Source: Cystobasidiomycetes sp. EMM_F5 (taxonomy: Eukaryota). From it: 64,000 nt of DNA. Of the stretch, positions 43,412-56,851 are shown in pieces. Every line of letters starts with the position of its first letter. The stretch's first letter is position 1. The stretch is taken from NCBI GenBank assembly GCA_051047955.1, contig JBPGPT010000010.1:124001-188000 (forward strand), written 5' to 3'. The notes under the pieces were generated by a model. It made no database searches. It was not told where the DNA came from and was given only the letters and a program-made list of their open reading frames with translations. Position numbers and translations under genes: made by a program.

Positions 43412-44302
43412 TTACACGTGAGCTGGAGCCGGCGCGGCGACAGAAGGATGAGTGGCCTGATAATGGGGCGGCGTGTTGTTCATGGCGATACCGGTCTGAC
43501 CGGGTTGAGTAGCCTTTGTGCCAGCACCCGCATGGGTGCCTGGGGCGCGTTTCCAGATGTAGTTCTTTCCATAGACGCCTGAGGAGAATAATAACGCGGG
43601 ATCAGCACAATCTGCGGCTTCAACTACAGGAACTCACCATCTCGGAGATCAGCGTCGTGTCTCCGGTAGACATGCCACCAGAAAGCAAGCGGTACAAGGG
43701 TGAACAGGATCCAGCTTGTCATGCGGAACAACCTTAGGCTTCGCTCAAGTCAGAAAGGACGAGTAATAGTGTCGCTCACATAAGCCATGCAAATGCCTGA
43801 ATGGCTTGCCATCTTCCGACGCTCCCAAAACAGTAAATAATCTGAAAAACCGTAATGACATGGTGAGTACAGAAGCTAGCGTTATACGCACTGTGCTTAC
43901 ACTGTCATCAAACTCTACGCAGTCTGCCGATGAGAAGAGCGATGCAGCAATGAGCCATAGCAACCAGGTGAAAGCAACCTGCATAAACTTTCAGTGAGAT
44001 GTGCCGAGCATAGCTGAACAGCTAGCTTACCCAGATGCCTGCGAAGAGGAAAGGCAGGAAGGCGTGTGCGATGAGACCAACAAGGGTCCAGACAACAACA
44101 AATATGCCGAAGTTGATACGCGAAGGGTAACTGCCATTGATGCCCGACCAGATGTGACGCCAATCCGCAATGAGACCGAGCTCGATGATGGTGAAGAGGC
44201 TGTTGTAGGAAATGTGCGTCACAAAATGTCAGTATCTGCTCGAATGCGGTGCAGGGGGACTCACGCAATGATGCCGAACAGCACGGAGTGGTACCAGAAC
44301 AT
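43412..44302 (-). CDS. MARVEL-like 4-TM membrane protein, paralog 1 (6 exons)
   Basis: Spliced product MFWYHSVLFGIIALFTIIELGLIA...RINFGIFVVVWTL...FTWLLWLIAASLFS...C...C...RWQAIQAFAWLIWILFT...GVYGK...*; four hydrophobic helices with a Cys pair in loop 2. Confidence 0.75.
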
Positions 44303-44731
44303 GTTTGGATAGTCAGCTCTCACGGTACGATGATGTTGGTTGTGTGAAGCAGCTGGCTGTTGGTGCAGCTCAGGCAAGCGAATTAGTCGCGACCACGCTG
44401 AGCCTGTAGCTGCGTCGCCGTGACACCCGTGTTGCAGTCATGCAGGAAATCCAAAACCGTTGCGTCAACTTGAAAGGTCTGAGCGGAATTGAAGAAGCAG
44501 AACTGATGTATCTTGAGGGCAAGTGCATTGTGGATACTGTAATGGTTGGAAGAAGGCAACAATGACAACGCAATGTCGTTGGCTAAAGGCGTGTCGGCTG
44601 TACAACCGACTGGAATCGCGTCGGAATCTCCACACGAGCGAAGTGACTTGAATGAACCATCACAGATGCCGTACTTGCATCTCCAAACTATAATGATACG
44701 TCTCGGGTCTACGGCCCGTCGATGAAAGACC

Positions 44732-45577
44732 TCACGAACCAGGTACTTTGCGAGATTCTGGTTTGATAATGATTCCTCCCAAAGCATTGTCATCTTTCCA
44801 AAGCAGCCTGCGACCATAAACGCCTAATGACAGGTGATGAGACAATTTCAACGTGTATTTGTGAGATCGCCTCACCTTGGCCCCAGCTAGCGTCCTCTCG
44901 AACGCGGACATGCCAAAAGAGCGCGATTGGCAATAGGGTGAAAGCCAGCCAGCTGTCGAAATTGGTAAACAGCATCAGCTTACTGTCTCTTTACTCCGTC
45001 TTGCCTTCGCATTGTACTGACATTAGCCAAGCAAAGGCTGTTGCCGCACGAACGCGACCTGAGTCGCCCAAGCATACCATCTGTAGAGGAAACGACAGGC
45101 AGACATGCAGCAGTTAGCATCGCAGCAGCAGGGAGAATGTGTCTGTAGTGCGACCTACGTCATCTGCTGTACCATCGCAGGGCATGCTGGACAAGAGGGA
45201 CGCCGCAATAACGAAGAGAACCCATGAAGCGATACTCTGCAACACAGTAAGGGGTTCTTAGTCAATGCTACAGAGGGAGCGAGATGCGTAATCACCCACC
45301 CAAACGAAAGCCACAATGAAGGGCATCAGCCAGTGCAGAGCCACGCCCAGGAAGGCCCATATGGCGCAAAACAGGGCAAAGTTGAGCCTCTGGTGTGCAA
45401 GGCTGCCCCCAATATCACCGTATAGGTCGACGACATCGGCTGTGAGGTACAGCTCCGTCAAGACCAGCACGCTGCGAATCGGTAAACAAACATGGAATCA
45501 GCCTGATTTGCTCCAGCCGCGAGCGGAGGAGCAGCCTACGTCAAGACTGCAAATATGGGCGAATGGAACCAGACCAT
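44732..45577 (-). CDS. MARVEL-like 4-TM membrane protein, paralog 2 (6 exons)
   Basis: Spliced product MVWFHSPIFAVLTVLVLTELYLTA...RLNFALFCAIWAF...SWVLFVIAASLLS...C...C...RVRAATAFAWLIWLAFT...GVYGR...*; same five intron positions as paralog 1. Confidence 0.75.
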
Positions 45578-46164
45578 GATCAGGTCGATGTCAGGACTGT
45601 CCTCAGCAGCCAGCCAAGGGCCAGCTCCTCGCACGTCATTGCGCAAAGAGGCAGGCACATAGGCCGAAAGTCGTTAGAGGATGCTCTGCTTTCGCTCAAC
45701 GCCTCGGAGAGACCAAAGCTTTGCAAATGCGACACCTCTCCGTGACATCCATCTTGGTGTGCAGAAAGGTCGTGGTCGTCTTGCTGACCACTCCTGCGCC
45801 CGCATGATAGGTGTATGCAAGAACTTCTCATTTGCGGAGATGCAAAAGGTGACAGACGGGGCACTTTATAATCTGGCCTGGCCGTCATGGAGACGAGGTC
45901 ACATCAGTATACCGCAGTGTCGCTCTATGATATTGTCAGCGGGAGACAGGCGATCCGATGCTCCGATATCCACTAGCGGAACACCAGCATGAAGGACTGG
46001 CAGCGAAATTCCAAAATCTTACACCATATTACAACACGCAGACCCAAAATAATGACTAACGCATCAACGCTTCGAGGATCAAGGCATGGTAGGCTTGTCA
46101 CTCATTGCAAGCAGAATATTGGCCGCACTTTGTTTGCTGCCCAGCCGGATCTGATGTATTCGGT

Positions 46165-46751
46165 TTAAGCCGAACTTCGCCATATAGAGTACCGCACAGG
46201 CGTCTGCACCAGACCTGCAGCCACCATGAACCATGCATACAGCCTGATCGCCGTTGGCTTCGGGATGCCGTCCGATTTGACAGAGACTGTGATGGCTAGT
46301 GCAAAATGAAGGAGAAGTAAAGCGAGATACTGCAATATGGATCAACACCTTTCTTATTGCAGGAACACCTTTACGCACTGATATCGGAATCAACGGTGAT
46401 CTCTTGCCTGCCGGCGCGTAAAAGTCAATGTGAACAGTGACAGCGGTCAAAACGGATTCTGCGAAAAGCAGTATCGTTGCCCAGAAGACCACTGCAAAGT
46501 TAAATGAGTCGACAGCGATCCCGGCGCCATTCAATAACCCGATGAGCCACGCGATAAGAGCACCGAATCTGTGACAGGATGTCAGCCTTCGCGGGCCTGG
46601 TGTGACGCTTCGATAATGGCAGAAAGGCGCAACGTGAATAATTGGACGATTGCGTAAACTGGCCATCACAAGGTTTCAGCTGACGTATGATAAGGAACGG
46701 CATATCATACGAGAACATACAGCCTTGGCTTCTGATCCAGGATGGTGACAT
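46165..46751 (-). CDS. Hypothetical small multi-pass membrane protein
   Basis: Hydrophobic exons FGALIAWLIGLL...FNFAVVFWATILLFAESVL and YLALLLLHFALAITVSV...IRLYAWFMVAAGLV...*; start and first exons uncertain. Confidence 0.5.
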
Positions 46752-47429
46752 CGCTTCGAAATGAGTAATGTCCGAGCGCCTTCGTGTGTGTAGCTTGCAA
46801 ATTGCAAGCGAAGATAACGAAGTGAGCATCAAATATTCTTTTTTGAAGCCAGTGATGGCTGCGCTTGGTTTCAGATACGAATCGCAAAACGGTGAGGTTC
46901 TGTCTGCGAGACAGTCAGACGCTGATATTGAACCTATACGGTCAGACTGCGCTGTACGCGCCACTAGCTTCGGTAGTCAAGTAATTCCCGAGACACGGCG
47001 TTCTCATCTAGCACGGTCCGCGATGTTTCACCTAACGTGCACCCCGTCTGGTCCGTTGCGATGGAGTCTGAGCGTGCGACCCGCACATAATTTGATTTTC
47101 GATGAGCGTGTGTGTGTATACATACATTCGAAGAGTCGTGTTTTTTCCACGCAAATATGGCCGGCACAGAGGCTGCCTTCCTACGATGTTTCCCCTGAAA
47201 TGCACTCGCGAATGCCGCTAACAACTGCAAGATCGGCACGCAATGCGAGTGTCGCCAGTATGATTACCCATACTGCGATTCCCCGAGCGCTGTTATGCTT
47301 ACGAGTCCACAGCTGACCAGGAGAGCCACAGCGCAAGCCGGTATACGTTGTCGATTCCTTTCGCTACGATCCTGTATGACAAACCACTTTAGCATGCATA
47401 CTCTACGAGGCGTGAATGTACATACGGTA

Positions 47430-49000
47430 TGATGCGAGGCATAACAAAGCCAAGCAGTGATGGAATTCGAAGAACCTCAAATATCACGCCGATAGACATC
47501 AGGGCGCCCCTTCAACCATCTTTTTCTTCTGTGCGTATGAGACGCAGGCCAGGGCTCGACTCGTCATTAGCTGGGACGACACGAAAGCCCGCAAATGCGA
47601 GATTCCTTCCATTGAGACCGCCTGTCTGGGTGCTGATCACGGTTTCGAATACTGATCCAATCATTCGTGGAAACCGTTACCTGGACGGCCGTCCGAGCGA
47701 GATCCATGCCATCCGATCACGCTTGATGGCAAGATGAAGAGGGGTATGGGTGCCTCACGACCAAAGAGCTGTTGGTGTATAAGGGCTACGTGCTGTTTAT
47801 TGCTAGCACGCCGGTAGGGCTAGCTCGAGGTAAACCGATGTCGAGGACGCCGCACTCTGCGAGAGCTTCATTCACTTGCTTGTTGGCGCCAATCACAATC
47901 GTACAGAAGATTGCAAGCATCCAGATGCAGTTGCTGATCAAGTAAGCCGAGAAGTTGACGAAAAGGTGAGCGCATCTGTTGGGTGCGCTCACGAGGAGGA
48001 TGAACAACACTGCACATAAGACGGCAAGCTGAAAGACAATCCTGTTGCTTAGTAGTGTCTGACACGTTGATCAGCTATGCTCACCGTCACAGGCCGGCCC
48101 TTGACGTTCTTGCACACGTCACGGAGGAACACGGTACCGGTAATGTGCGAGGGAGGAAATTGTGTGGAAGAAAGAGTCCAGGTTGAGGAGACTTTTGCTT
48201 GTATCTCATGAAACATTCGCGCAACGTTCAAGCTAGGGATCGCGAAACTGTATGTGATCCTTTTATTAGGCAAGTGTGCGGTCGACATGCCAATTACCTA
48301 CGAAGTGCGTTGGGGAGACCTGCAGTCTATTGAGAGCACAAGTATACAGAGGCAGAGGGACAATTCCGTTTGCTTAGCCAAAGCGAATCACGCTCGATTC
48401 TGTGCCTACCTGAAATCGTGCTCATAGCAGTCATGTTGCACATTGTCAAGGTGACTGCGCGTCAGATATTGCAGGCAGGAAACCTGTAGGGTAAGTGCGA
48501 TGTATATATGCTGAACAGTCTGTTGAACGTGAAACAGTAGCGCAGAGGATAATCTGACTTTCAGCAAGTCTGGTTAAGGCAGTGCCGGAAACAGGCCGGC
48601 GACATCCTCCAGTAACGAAGCTGTACCAAAGCAAGCAGTAGCCCTTTGTGACGTCCGCCTGATGTCGTGACATGCTTGTCTGCGAGCTTGCCCTGAATAT
48701 TGTCACACTCTGAATGACCAAATCTTTGCAATGTGCGGGACACCGTTCGCAGTGTTAGCAGCACATTAGTTAGAAGCCGTCTTGGACCTGAATGACAGAC
48801 TCATTCAGGCCTAGCAACACCGATTCGCTGCTCTCTGCGCTGTTGGAGGGCGAAGTTTAGAAACGCAAAAATCAAGTCGTCCATAATTGTATAAGGGTCC
48901 GTGTCTGAAAGCTCAAAGGTTGGTGTAAAGCCATCGCGCCGCATGTTTTGGCCTTCGTCGGCGTCTGAGTATAGCAGAATTGCCGATAGCTTCGACATGT
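47430..49000 (-). CDS. Probable multi-exon hypothetical gene with a hydrophobic part; structure and limits unresolved
   Basis: Several minus-strand GT...AG intron-like segments and hydrophobic frames (IVFQLAVLCAVLFILL; CIWMLAIFCTIVIGA); I could not close a full reading frame. Confidence 0.3.
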
Positions 49001-49777
49001 TGACATTTATTATCAGTTCGCCGTCGCATCCATTCGGGCCGGTCCAATCAGTTCTGTGCGATGGACGAGGTCACGCCCAACATCCCATTCAGAACTCTGT
49101 TAGATGCTTTCACAGTATCGAAAGATGCGTTAGCTATCAATGTTAACGTTCTTCCCGGCAGGAACAGGTGTCGGTTTTGGCTGAACAACGCCGCGGGTTG
49201 TTTAGGCTGCTGCTGGGTTTCGAGCTTTTTAGCACTGTGTGTAGAGCTGGCTTTGTCTGTCGGATGTCCCAATGCCTCGCGGAGCAAAACTCAATGGGCT
49301 TGTCGGAGTCGGCACAATGGGGTTGTCTGGGCGCAACTGAGCGGAAGATCCAGCCAATAGCTATAGGTCTTCGTATGGCCCCCAAAAACCCAGATGACCA
49401 GTGTTCCGTGTCCCCCGATACCGAGGCATGCCTCACTTCTCGCTCGGCGTAGATTTATGAATACAGAACGTTCTTGACACAATGCAAACCCTCACTCCAC
49501 GACCAAGGCAATTCCGTATGTTACAGCAATTGTTCAGAGTGCAGATGCTTGTGGTCGTACATCCTGGTCCGAGTGATTTTCGGTTGTAACAGATGTGAGG
49601 ACGGAGATGAGCAACAACGATCCAGCCCTCTGACGCCCGGCCACCTGTTCGCGCTTCTTTACGCGGATCGAGCCTCTGCATGGCCAGGTACACGCGCCTT
49701 CCTTTCATTCCTCATCACCTGCAGCATATAGCATTTGCTCCCGTCTGCACCTCCGTCTGACGAGGTCAAGCTTGTGT

Positions 49778-51533
49778 CTAGTCAAACACAAGACTAGCAG
49801 CCATATCTCTGAAATAGGCACGAAGTTACAAGTTGATACAGGTCAAGCCAAGTCAACGGAGTGCGCTTACACGTTTCCGTCTGCAGTATCCAGTAAGCGA
49901 ATAGCCTCCTCCCGCGGCACGCCCATGCCTGTCAAGGCCGTAATTTTGTCTTCGGACCATCGGGACTCTTCAGGCAATCGACTTGCATCACGCTGAGCAG
50001 AGGCCCCCGTGTTTGTCCCTCCGAGCGTTTGACCTGTTCCAGCAAAGCTCTGAGTTCCGCCAGACTTGTTCGCCATCGACCGGCCAATAGCCTCATTTGA
50101 AGCTGATGCAGCAGCTCCTAACGCAGCCCCGTGCGACGCTTGCTCGGCTGGTAGCTTGATATTTCCGTTGCTATGCATTTGATTCAGCCATGTCTCACTG
50201 AGAATTAATGTACATCAACTTACGCATCTGTTTCCACATCGTCCTCGAGAGCGTTCCTCGGTAGCTCGTGCTCGTCGAGAAAGCGTACGCTTCGGCCTTG
50301 TATCCGTAAGCAGTTCTTTTCTAGATCTATACACGCTTGATATCGCTTGAGCATGTCAAGACCGAATAGGAGATCGACGCCTTTGCCCTGTTGTGATGGC
50401 AATCAGCTTCGTCTGACGGTAGCCTGCCAAAAACCCTATACTGACTTCCATGACTGTGAAAGCGACTGGAAGAAAGAGATCTTGGCCCACCCGGATCTGG
50501 GCGGAGTGGATGCGACCCAGTATTTTAGCTGTCCCGACGCCGCGAGCAATGCCTGCGAAACGAGTATCTAATAACCGCATGATACTGGAAGCTGTCTTAG
50601 CCTGGTATCAAATCTGTAGAATTACTTTCAAACTCACCCACACGACGCAGCCAGATCTGGACTGACTGAAAAGTAACAAGACATGAGCCATGGCATGATA
50701 GACCGGCTACATCCGGACTTACTGATTGTCGCTTGAGCGCCGGAATCGACGAACGCTTTGACATCGTGACCGTTCACTTGTACATTGACGTACAGCATCT
50801 GCACCCTTCCGAAACTCTCTGGCGAAAATTCCATTGCGTGCTCCATATTCTCGTAGACTTGCTCTTGCCGAATCAACTCTTCAATCTTCTGCTGAGCAGC
50901 GACGTCGAATGGATCGGCCATGAGCAATTCCTCCATGTGTCTCTTCTCATCCTGCATTCGTCTCTCCGTCTCTCGACGAGCGTTGTACAGCTGTTGAAAC
51001 TTGGCAGGATCGTTTTGTGCTGCATCCGCGAATTCAGGCTCTGCTTCTCGCAGCCTTTGCAGCAGCTCTGGGTTGGATAAGAGAGATGCTCGCGCCATTT
51101 CTACACTAGGATCGATAATGTTGTTGTTGGCAGACGCCATTTGATTGTTGGATGCTGGACCACCCTGTTGCAGATTGCTCGTGGATGGACTTCGAAGGTT
51201 TTGCAGGAGGAGAACATCATCGTCTTTGACGTTGTATGCCCTCAGCGTCTTTTTCGGATCAAGTAGGGCTGTTCCGTCAAGCACGATGGATTGGTCAGGA
51301 ATCGGAATATCAGACTGCAACAGGATCTAATTCAGCGACAAACGTCAAGATCAGACTTCACGCGCTCACTTCTGCTTCCAGCAATGCCATGATGTCGCCC
51401 AATTCCTGAGAGCATGCCGCTGTCAGCAGCTGTCTACGAGGCCACGTCGTCGTCATCCGGGTGCATCACACACCATGTCTGCGTCAACGTCGACGCTGTA
51501 AGCCTGGTCATCTGTCGCAAAAGTGAGACGCAT
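49778..51533 (-). CDS. DDI1: DNA-damage-inducible protein Ddi1 (UBL, retroviral-like aspartyl protease, UBA)
   Basis: UBL N-terminus, [69 protein letters not shown] ending [12 protein letters not shown]. Confidence 0.95.
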
Positions 51534-52044
51534 GATGGTACGCTGCCGTCAATTGAAAAGGCAGTAAAGTGACAAGTCAACAGCCTGTTCCGTTCCTTGT
51601 CGTGTACTGGAAAATAGGAGAAATGTGGCAAACTGCTCTATGGCCCCTGCAACAAAGGCTCTAGCGCACGTCTCTCCTTACAACGGTGTAAATTATGCAC
51701 TCTGTCTCTTCCCATAAAAGTCTCCAACGCTGGTAGATGCTATTAGCATTTCGTTACCGTTGGGAATCATGCAATTCGTCACGTAGGTCCAAGTCGACAA
51801 TTATCTTGGGTAGTAAGTTTGCGCCTGGAATTTGCTGTGTTGGCGGAGAAACCTCGCAGCTTCCTGTCCTCCGCGCGTGTGTTGTACCTCACCAAGGGAT
51901 TTGAACACAGGCGATGTCATCTCCTTGTGCTGTTCCTTCCAATTTACTCGTTGCCTCCATGACGAATAGCATCTCACAATATTGCAGCTGACAAAACAAG
52001 TATCGTCGGCTCTTGTTCGCTCGGATTCGTTATGGTCTCACCGG

Positions 52045-53011
52045 TCAGGGTCGCGGCGCGTTTTCCGAAAGTTGCTGTTTCTTTTCTTGCGCCTCTGCTT
52101 CAGCACGACTGAAGACATCTCCAATCGCTTTGGCATACGCGGAGCACTCTCGGCTGTGAACCTCCCTCCAGTCTATGGCTTGATGAGCAGACGAGCAGTA
52201 GAACCTGACCTTGCATCTACTCAAAAGCGTCGTCACGACGTACAGTGTCAGCACAGCTCCAGCTCCCGACATCTCCTCTACTTACCGAGAGCATCGCTTC
52301 ATATTCTCTCTTACGCACATACATATCGGACATATGTCAATGTAGTCTCTGGTAGACATGGTCTCGAGTTTGATTACTCCGGGTACTTCGCGGATGAAAC
52401 GCTGGATAACGGTACACGAAGGATCAATTAGGCGCAATTTCACTGCACATCGTCCTAATGGGAAGCTCACCCCAGTTACTAGATGCGCCGATGCTAGTCG
52501 CCCAAGTAGGGCAAAGTCCTGGATGTGTTCTAGCATGGCTTCCGGCGTAGTGACCACTAGAGGCAGTTTCGGGGCTCCTTCTGGAACGACGCCTGATAGC
52601 TTACCACTCTCCAAGAGAGCTTCCAAGAAAGGGCTGATGGTTTCTCGCTCGTACTCGCTCAAAGTGAACCAGCCATACGTTTCTTGAAAATATCGTGCAA
52701 TCAAATAGTAAGGTCGCGGGATCTGCGGTCCTATCTTGTCTCCCCATATCTTCAACAAGACCGACCGCACAGCAATGATATCTCCCTGGGCTTGCAGCGT
52801 TTTATAGCCCTCAGCGTCGCCTTGCAGAGCTTCTAGAGCGGGGAGGGCTTTGGAGAGTAGGCGAGGCCCCGCAATATCTGCGATACACAACGTCAGATAA
52901 GTGTATTCCAGCCAAAATAGTGTTGCAATGCTGACCAGGCCGTCCAGGGAATGAATGGTATTGGCGCAACGCGGCGAGTTCTTGCCCGTTCACGTTGATC
53001 TGGTAGAACAT
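52045..53011 (-). CDS. Unknown-domain + MYND zinc-finger protein, tandem copy A
   Basis: MFYQINV...PRPYYLIARYFQETYGWFTLSEYERETISPFLEALL...CPICMCVRENMKRCSR/CKVRFYCSSAHQAIDWREVHSREC; 3 introns. Confidence 0.85.
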
Positions 53012-53325
53012 GTCGTGAGCAGACTGGCGGAGAGATCTCAAACAAAAACGATAATATCGCTAGTTTGAACAGAGTCAAGACGCGCCAGTACAGCATGTAC
53101 TGCATCGGAGTAATCGCCCGGAAAATTTCGTCAAGGCTGTCGGACGGCTGAACACGGAGTGAATGGCCCAGAGGGCCCAAGCTCACGGACTCTCGTGCTT
53201 GAGCACCCTTATGCTCTAGGAACTTGTGGCCTGATTTCACAGCTTATCACAAACAGCGTCTACAGATTACATTCCGCAAGTTTCACGCAGCCCTTCCGCA
53301 CAACGAGCGAGCCGCTACTTCAGAC

Positions 53326-54251
53326 TCAAACTTTGGCTTTGGAGGCTGCTTCAGCACGGCTGATTGCATCAGCGATAATTCTGACGAGTTCAGGACACTC
53401 CTCCTTGTGGCTCTGCTTCCAGTCCATTGCCTGACAACCAGACGAGCAGTAGAAAGTAACTTTGCACCTGGCCACGCGTCATATTGTCAGCGAGGCGCTG
53501 TATCACCTGCTCGTCCACCAAATATCTTACCTTGCACAGCGCTTGAGGTTTCGGAATGTATGAGAGCAAAATCGACACCAATCTCGTAAATGTTCCATCC
53601 TGACGTTTTCGAGTGACATCAAGTGCGGGGCTAGACTGATGATGTGCTGCAGGAGTAGTAATCATTCAGCATTCTACATTCGATGGCGGACAATGCCTTA
53701 CTTTGAGAATGAGATGGGTCGCCGCCAACCTCGCGACGAGAGGTAGATCGGTTATGTGGGCCATCAGAAACTCTGGGGTGGTTACCAGTAAAGGAAGTCC
53801 AGGCGCGCCCGCTGGTACGACCTCCGTCAAATTTCCACCCTTGAGCAGCGCTTCCAGCATGGGGCTGATAGTCTCGCGTTCATACTCGGTGAGCGTTGAC
53901 CAGCCATACGGTTGTTGGAAATATCGTGCAATCAGGTAGTATGGGCGAGGGACGAAAGGCTTCAGGATCTCCTGAAATACTCTAAGGAGTACAGATCGCA
54001 TCTCAACGAGAGCTGCCTGATTTTCCAGACTTTTGTATAGATCATCATTGCCCAGAAGGGGTTCGACAGCGGAAATAATGTGCACAATGCCAAAAGGCCC
54101 GGGAGCAGCTATCACCGATATCAGCATATGCAGCTACACACGCAACCATTTGCAGACAGGAAAGTCGTCACTCACCATGTTCCTCGCGGACAAGCTGATA
54201 TCGTCGGAGTTCCTCAATCTCGTAGGCGCATACGTTGACTTGATAGAACAT
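53326..54251 (-). CDS. Unknown-domain + MYND zinc-finger protein, tandem copy B
   Basis: MFYQVNV...PRPYYLIARYFQQPYGWSTLTEYERETISPMLEALL...CRFCSHTFRNLKRCAR/CKVTFYCSSGCQAMDWKQSHKEEC; 3 introns. Confidence 0.85.
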
Positions 54252-54528
54252 CGCGCAAAGACGAGCGACAGTGAACCACTGTACTAAAGGATGCGCGCCA
54301 TGCAGAAACTAACGGCAGTACGAAGTGCAAAGGAGCGTAAAGTACCTGCACATCGGCCAGGTCCCGCTTGTAGCAAACGTAGTATGTAATTTCAGACAGC
54401 TAAAGATGAATGCAGGGCAGCATGATAATGTGATCCGCCATCTATTCTCCCCACAAGCTTTCAGCCCTCCCTCCCACACAATGCTCTACAGCAGGAAGAA
54501 AGATATCATTTATTGCGAATATGCCCAA

Positions 54529-55434
54529 TTAAGCATTCGAGCGTGCCTCAGCAGCTGTGATGGCATCTCCGATTGCTTTGGCGAATGTGGAACACTCAAG
54601 TTTGTGACCGTCCTTCCAATCCTCTGCTTGACAGACAGACGAACAATAGAAGGCAACTTTGCACCTTTGTATTTGGATTGAAAATCAACCAAATGCCGTG
54701 TCGGTCAGGCCACCATCCTACCTCGCACAGCGCTTGAGATCTTTGGCCTGCTTGATGCAGTTGCGACACAGGTCGAGCGAGTCCCTCATTATAAAAGTCT
54801 GGAGCGTGTACAGCCCAGGAAGCTGGCTGACGAAGCGCTGCAAAGAGGTATGGGCTTCAGAGGGCTACTGAAAGGAGAAAGAAGAGACATCGCGTACTCC
54901 GACGAGCAGATGCGCAGCAGCAAGTCTCGCTACCAGGGGTGTGTCGGAGATGTGGGTCATCAACGTATCCGAGTCAGTCACGACCAAGGGAAGGTCAGGC
55001 GCGCCGTCTGGGACGGTGCCCGTAAGTGTTCCGTTGTTCAGTAGCGCCTCAAGCATGGGACTGATGGTCTCGCGTTCATAGTCGCTGAGCATCTGCCAAC
55101 CATACGGTTGCTGAAAATAGCGTGCAATCAGGTAGTACGGACGAGGAACACTGCGGCACACGCTATTGCCATAAATCTTCAGAAGTGAGGATCGCATTGC
55201 AATCAACGCTCCTTGCTTGTCCAACGCCTTGTACCGATGGTCGTCACCTTGAAGAGATTCGACGACAGCGATGACTTTCGACAGCCCACTGTTAGCTGAA
55301 GGGTCTATATGCACTGCTTTAGACTCCCTCAGCCACAATACAAGAATTTCATGCGTACCAGGGTTCCTAGGGGAGAGCTGAAACTTTCGGAGCGCTTCGA
55401 ATTCGTCGCTGGTAGCGTTGACTTGATAGAACAT
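54529..55434 (-). CDS. Unknown-domain + MYND zinc-finger protein, tandem copy C
   Basis: MFYQVNA...PRPYYLIARYFQQPYGWQMLSDYERETISPMLEALL...CRNCIKQAKDLKRCAR/CKVAFYCSSVCQAEDWKDGHKLEC; 3 introns. Confidence 0.85.
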
Positions 55435-55880
55435 GGAGCTGCGGAAGATGAGTAGTCTGTGCGTAGGAAGTAAAGGGCCGCCATGCAGAGTCTTGTCTGG
55501 CGTCTGGCGTGGCACCTGTCACACTCGCTTTGCGACTGTGGCGGCTGTCCGACGTCCGTACTCTACCCAACGAGGCGTACTTGACGCCATGGCGGATGGC
55601 ACGAAAGATTACTACATTCTCGACGAGCATTCATTGCATTCAGTATTCGCACTTCTATACAATGTTTAGCGAGCCGGTTGTGCGGAGACAACAGGAACAT
55701 CTTCCTATTGTCTACCTAGTCTACTGGCAGGGAACACAACAAGGACATTGCATGTCCCCTCTCATCTATCTGCAGGGAGGAGATGTGCAGACTGTTGGAA
55801 TTAGCGTGTGCACATCTACCGAAAGTCATTTTTGGCTGTCATTCTCGATGGTGCGGCTGCAACAAGCACACGCCCGTATC

Positions 55881-56851
55881 TCATGCATCCGTTGCTGCTT
55901 TGTTCGCCGTTTGCTGTTTCTCTGGCTCCATTGATGCAATAGCATTGCCTGCACATGTTGCGTACTTCTGACATTGCTGCTTGTGCACATGCTTCCAGTT
56001 ACTGGCTTGACATTTGCGGGAGCAGTAGAAGACAACCTTGCATCTGTGAGAGCAGAGCATAAAGTCAGGAAGTTATTACACAGAGTGATTTGAATTCATT
56101 GACAGTCTCGCCAACGTACCCAGCGCATCGTTTCAGCTGCGTCGAGCTGGCACCACATTCACAGCACCGGTCGCGCATAGAAATGATTGGCGTTTCCTCC
56201 AGTCTGAGCACTAACGAGACGGACTGGGCATAACGCTAAAGCGCATGTCAGTAGGCGCTAGCAATGACCGCACATGACCATGCTCACTATCAAACTGAAT
56301 TGACTGGCCAACAGTCTGCTGACGAGCAAAGTGTCCGGAATGAGTTCCAACATCTTTTGCTGAACGGTGGGGAATGAGACATCCAAAGACGATCGAAGCG
56401 GAGTGGATCTTGCTAATCTTTCGTCTGCGAACAAAGCTTCCAGAAAGGGGCTTATCGCTTCTCGCTCGTGCTCTTGCAGGGTTGCCCAGCCGAAGACTTG
56501 CTGATAGTAGCGAGCCAACAGGTAATACACCAGCGGCACATTGGCGTCTTTTACGGTGTTATGAATGCTGGAGAGAATGCTTCTCATTTGGATGATTGCT
56601 GCCTGGTGTTTGAGAAGCTTGGAGCGCTCGTCATCTCCTTGGAAGGACTTGATCAAAGGAACGAGATCCTCGTCGTCCAGCTTGGGCTCGTTCAGCACGT
56701 CTGCAAACCGTATCCATCCACCTATCGAGGAGAGTCACAAGTTTTTCACTGGAGGCCATCACGCCTACATACCACATGGACGTTCACGAGCCTCAGCGTA
56801 CGCCTGCAGCGTTTTCAGCTCAACTGCCGTTGCATTCACCTGGTAAAACAT
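55881..56851 (-). CDS. Unknown-domain + MYND zinc-finger protein, tandem copy D
   Basis: MFYQVNA...PLVYYLLARYYQQVFGWATLQEHEREAISPFLEALF...CCECGASSTQLKRCAG/CKVVFYCSRKCQASNWKHVHKQQC; 3 introns. Confidence 0.85.

Noticed and set aside
50700..50830. Retroviral-like aspartyl protease motif (FVDSGAQ) as a retrotransposon
   Set aside because: It is the protease domain of intron-containing host DDI1; no RT, integrase or LTRs are present.
51625..51632. GTGGCAAA (PACE/Rpn4-like) upstream of DDI1
   Set aside because: Single 8-mer, absent from the RPN5 promoter in this window; Rpn4-type control in this lineage is not established to me.
51640..51650. ATGGCCCCTGC, resembling part of U6 snRNA
   Set aside because: Only 11 nt match; no ACAGAGA box or other U6 sequence nearby.
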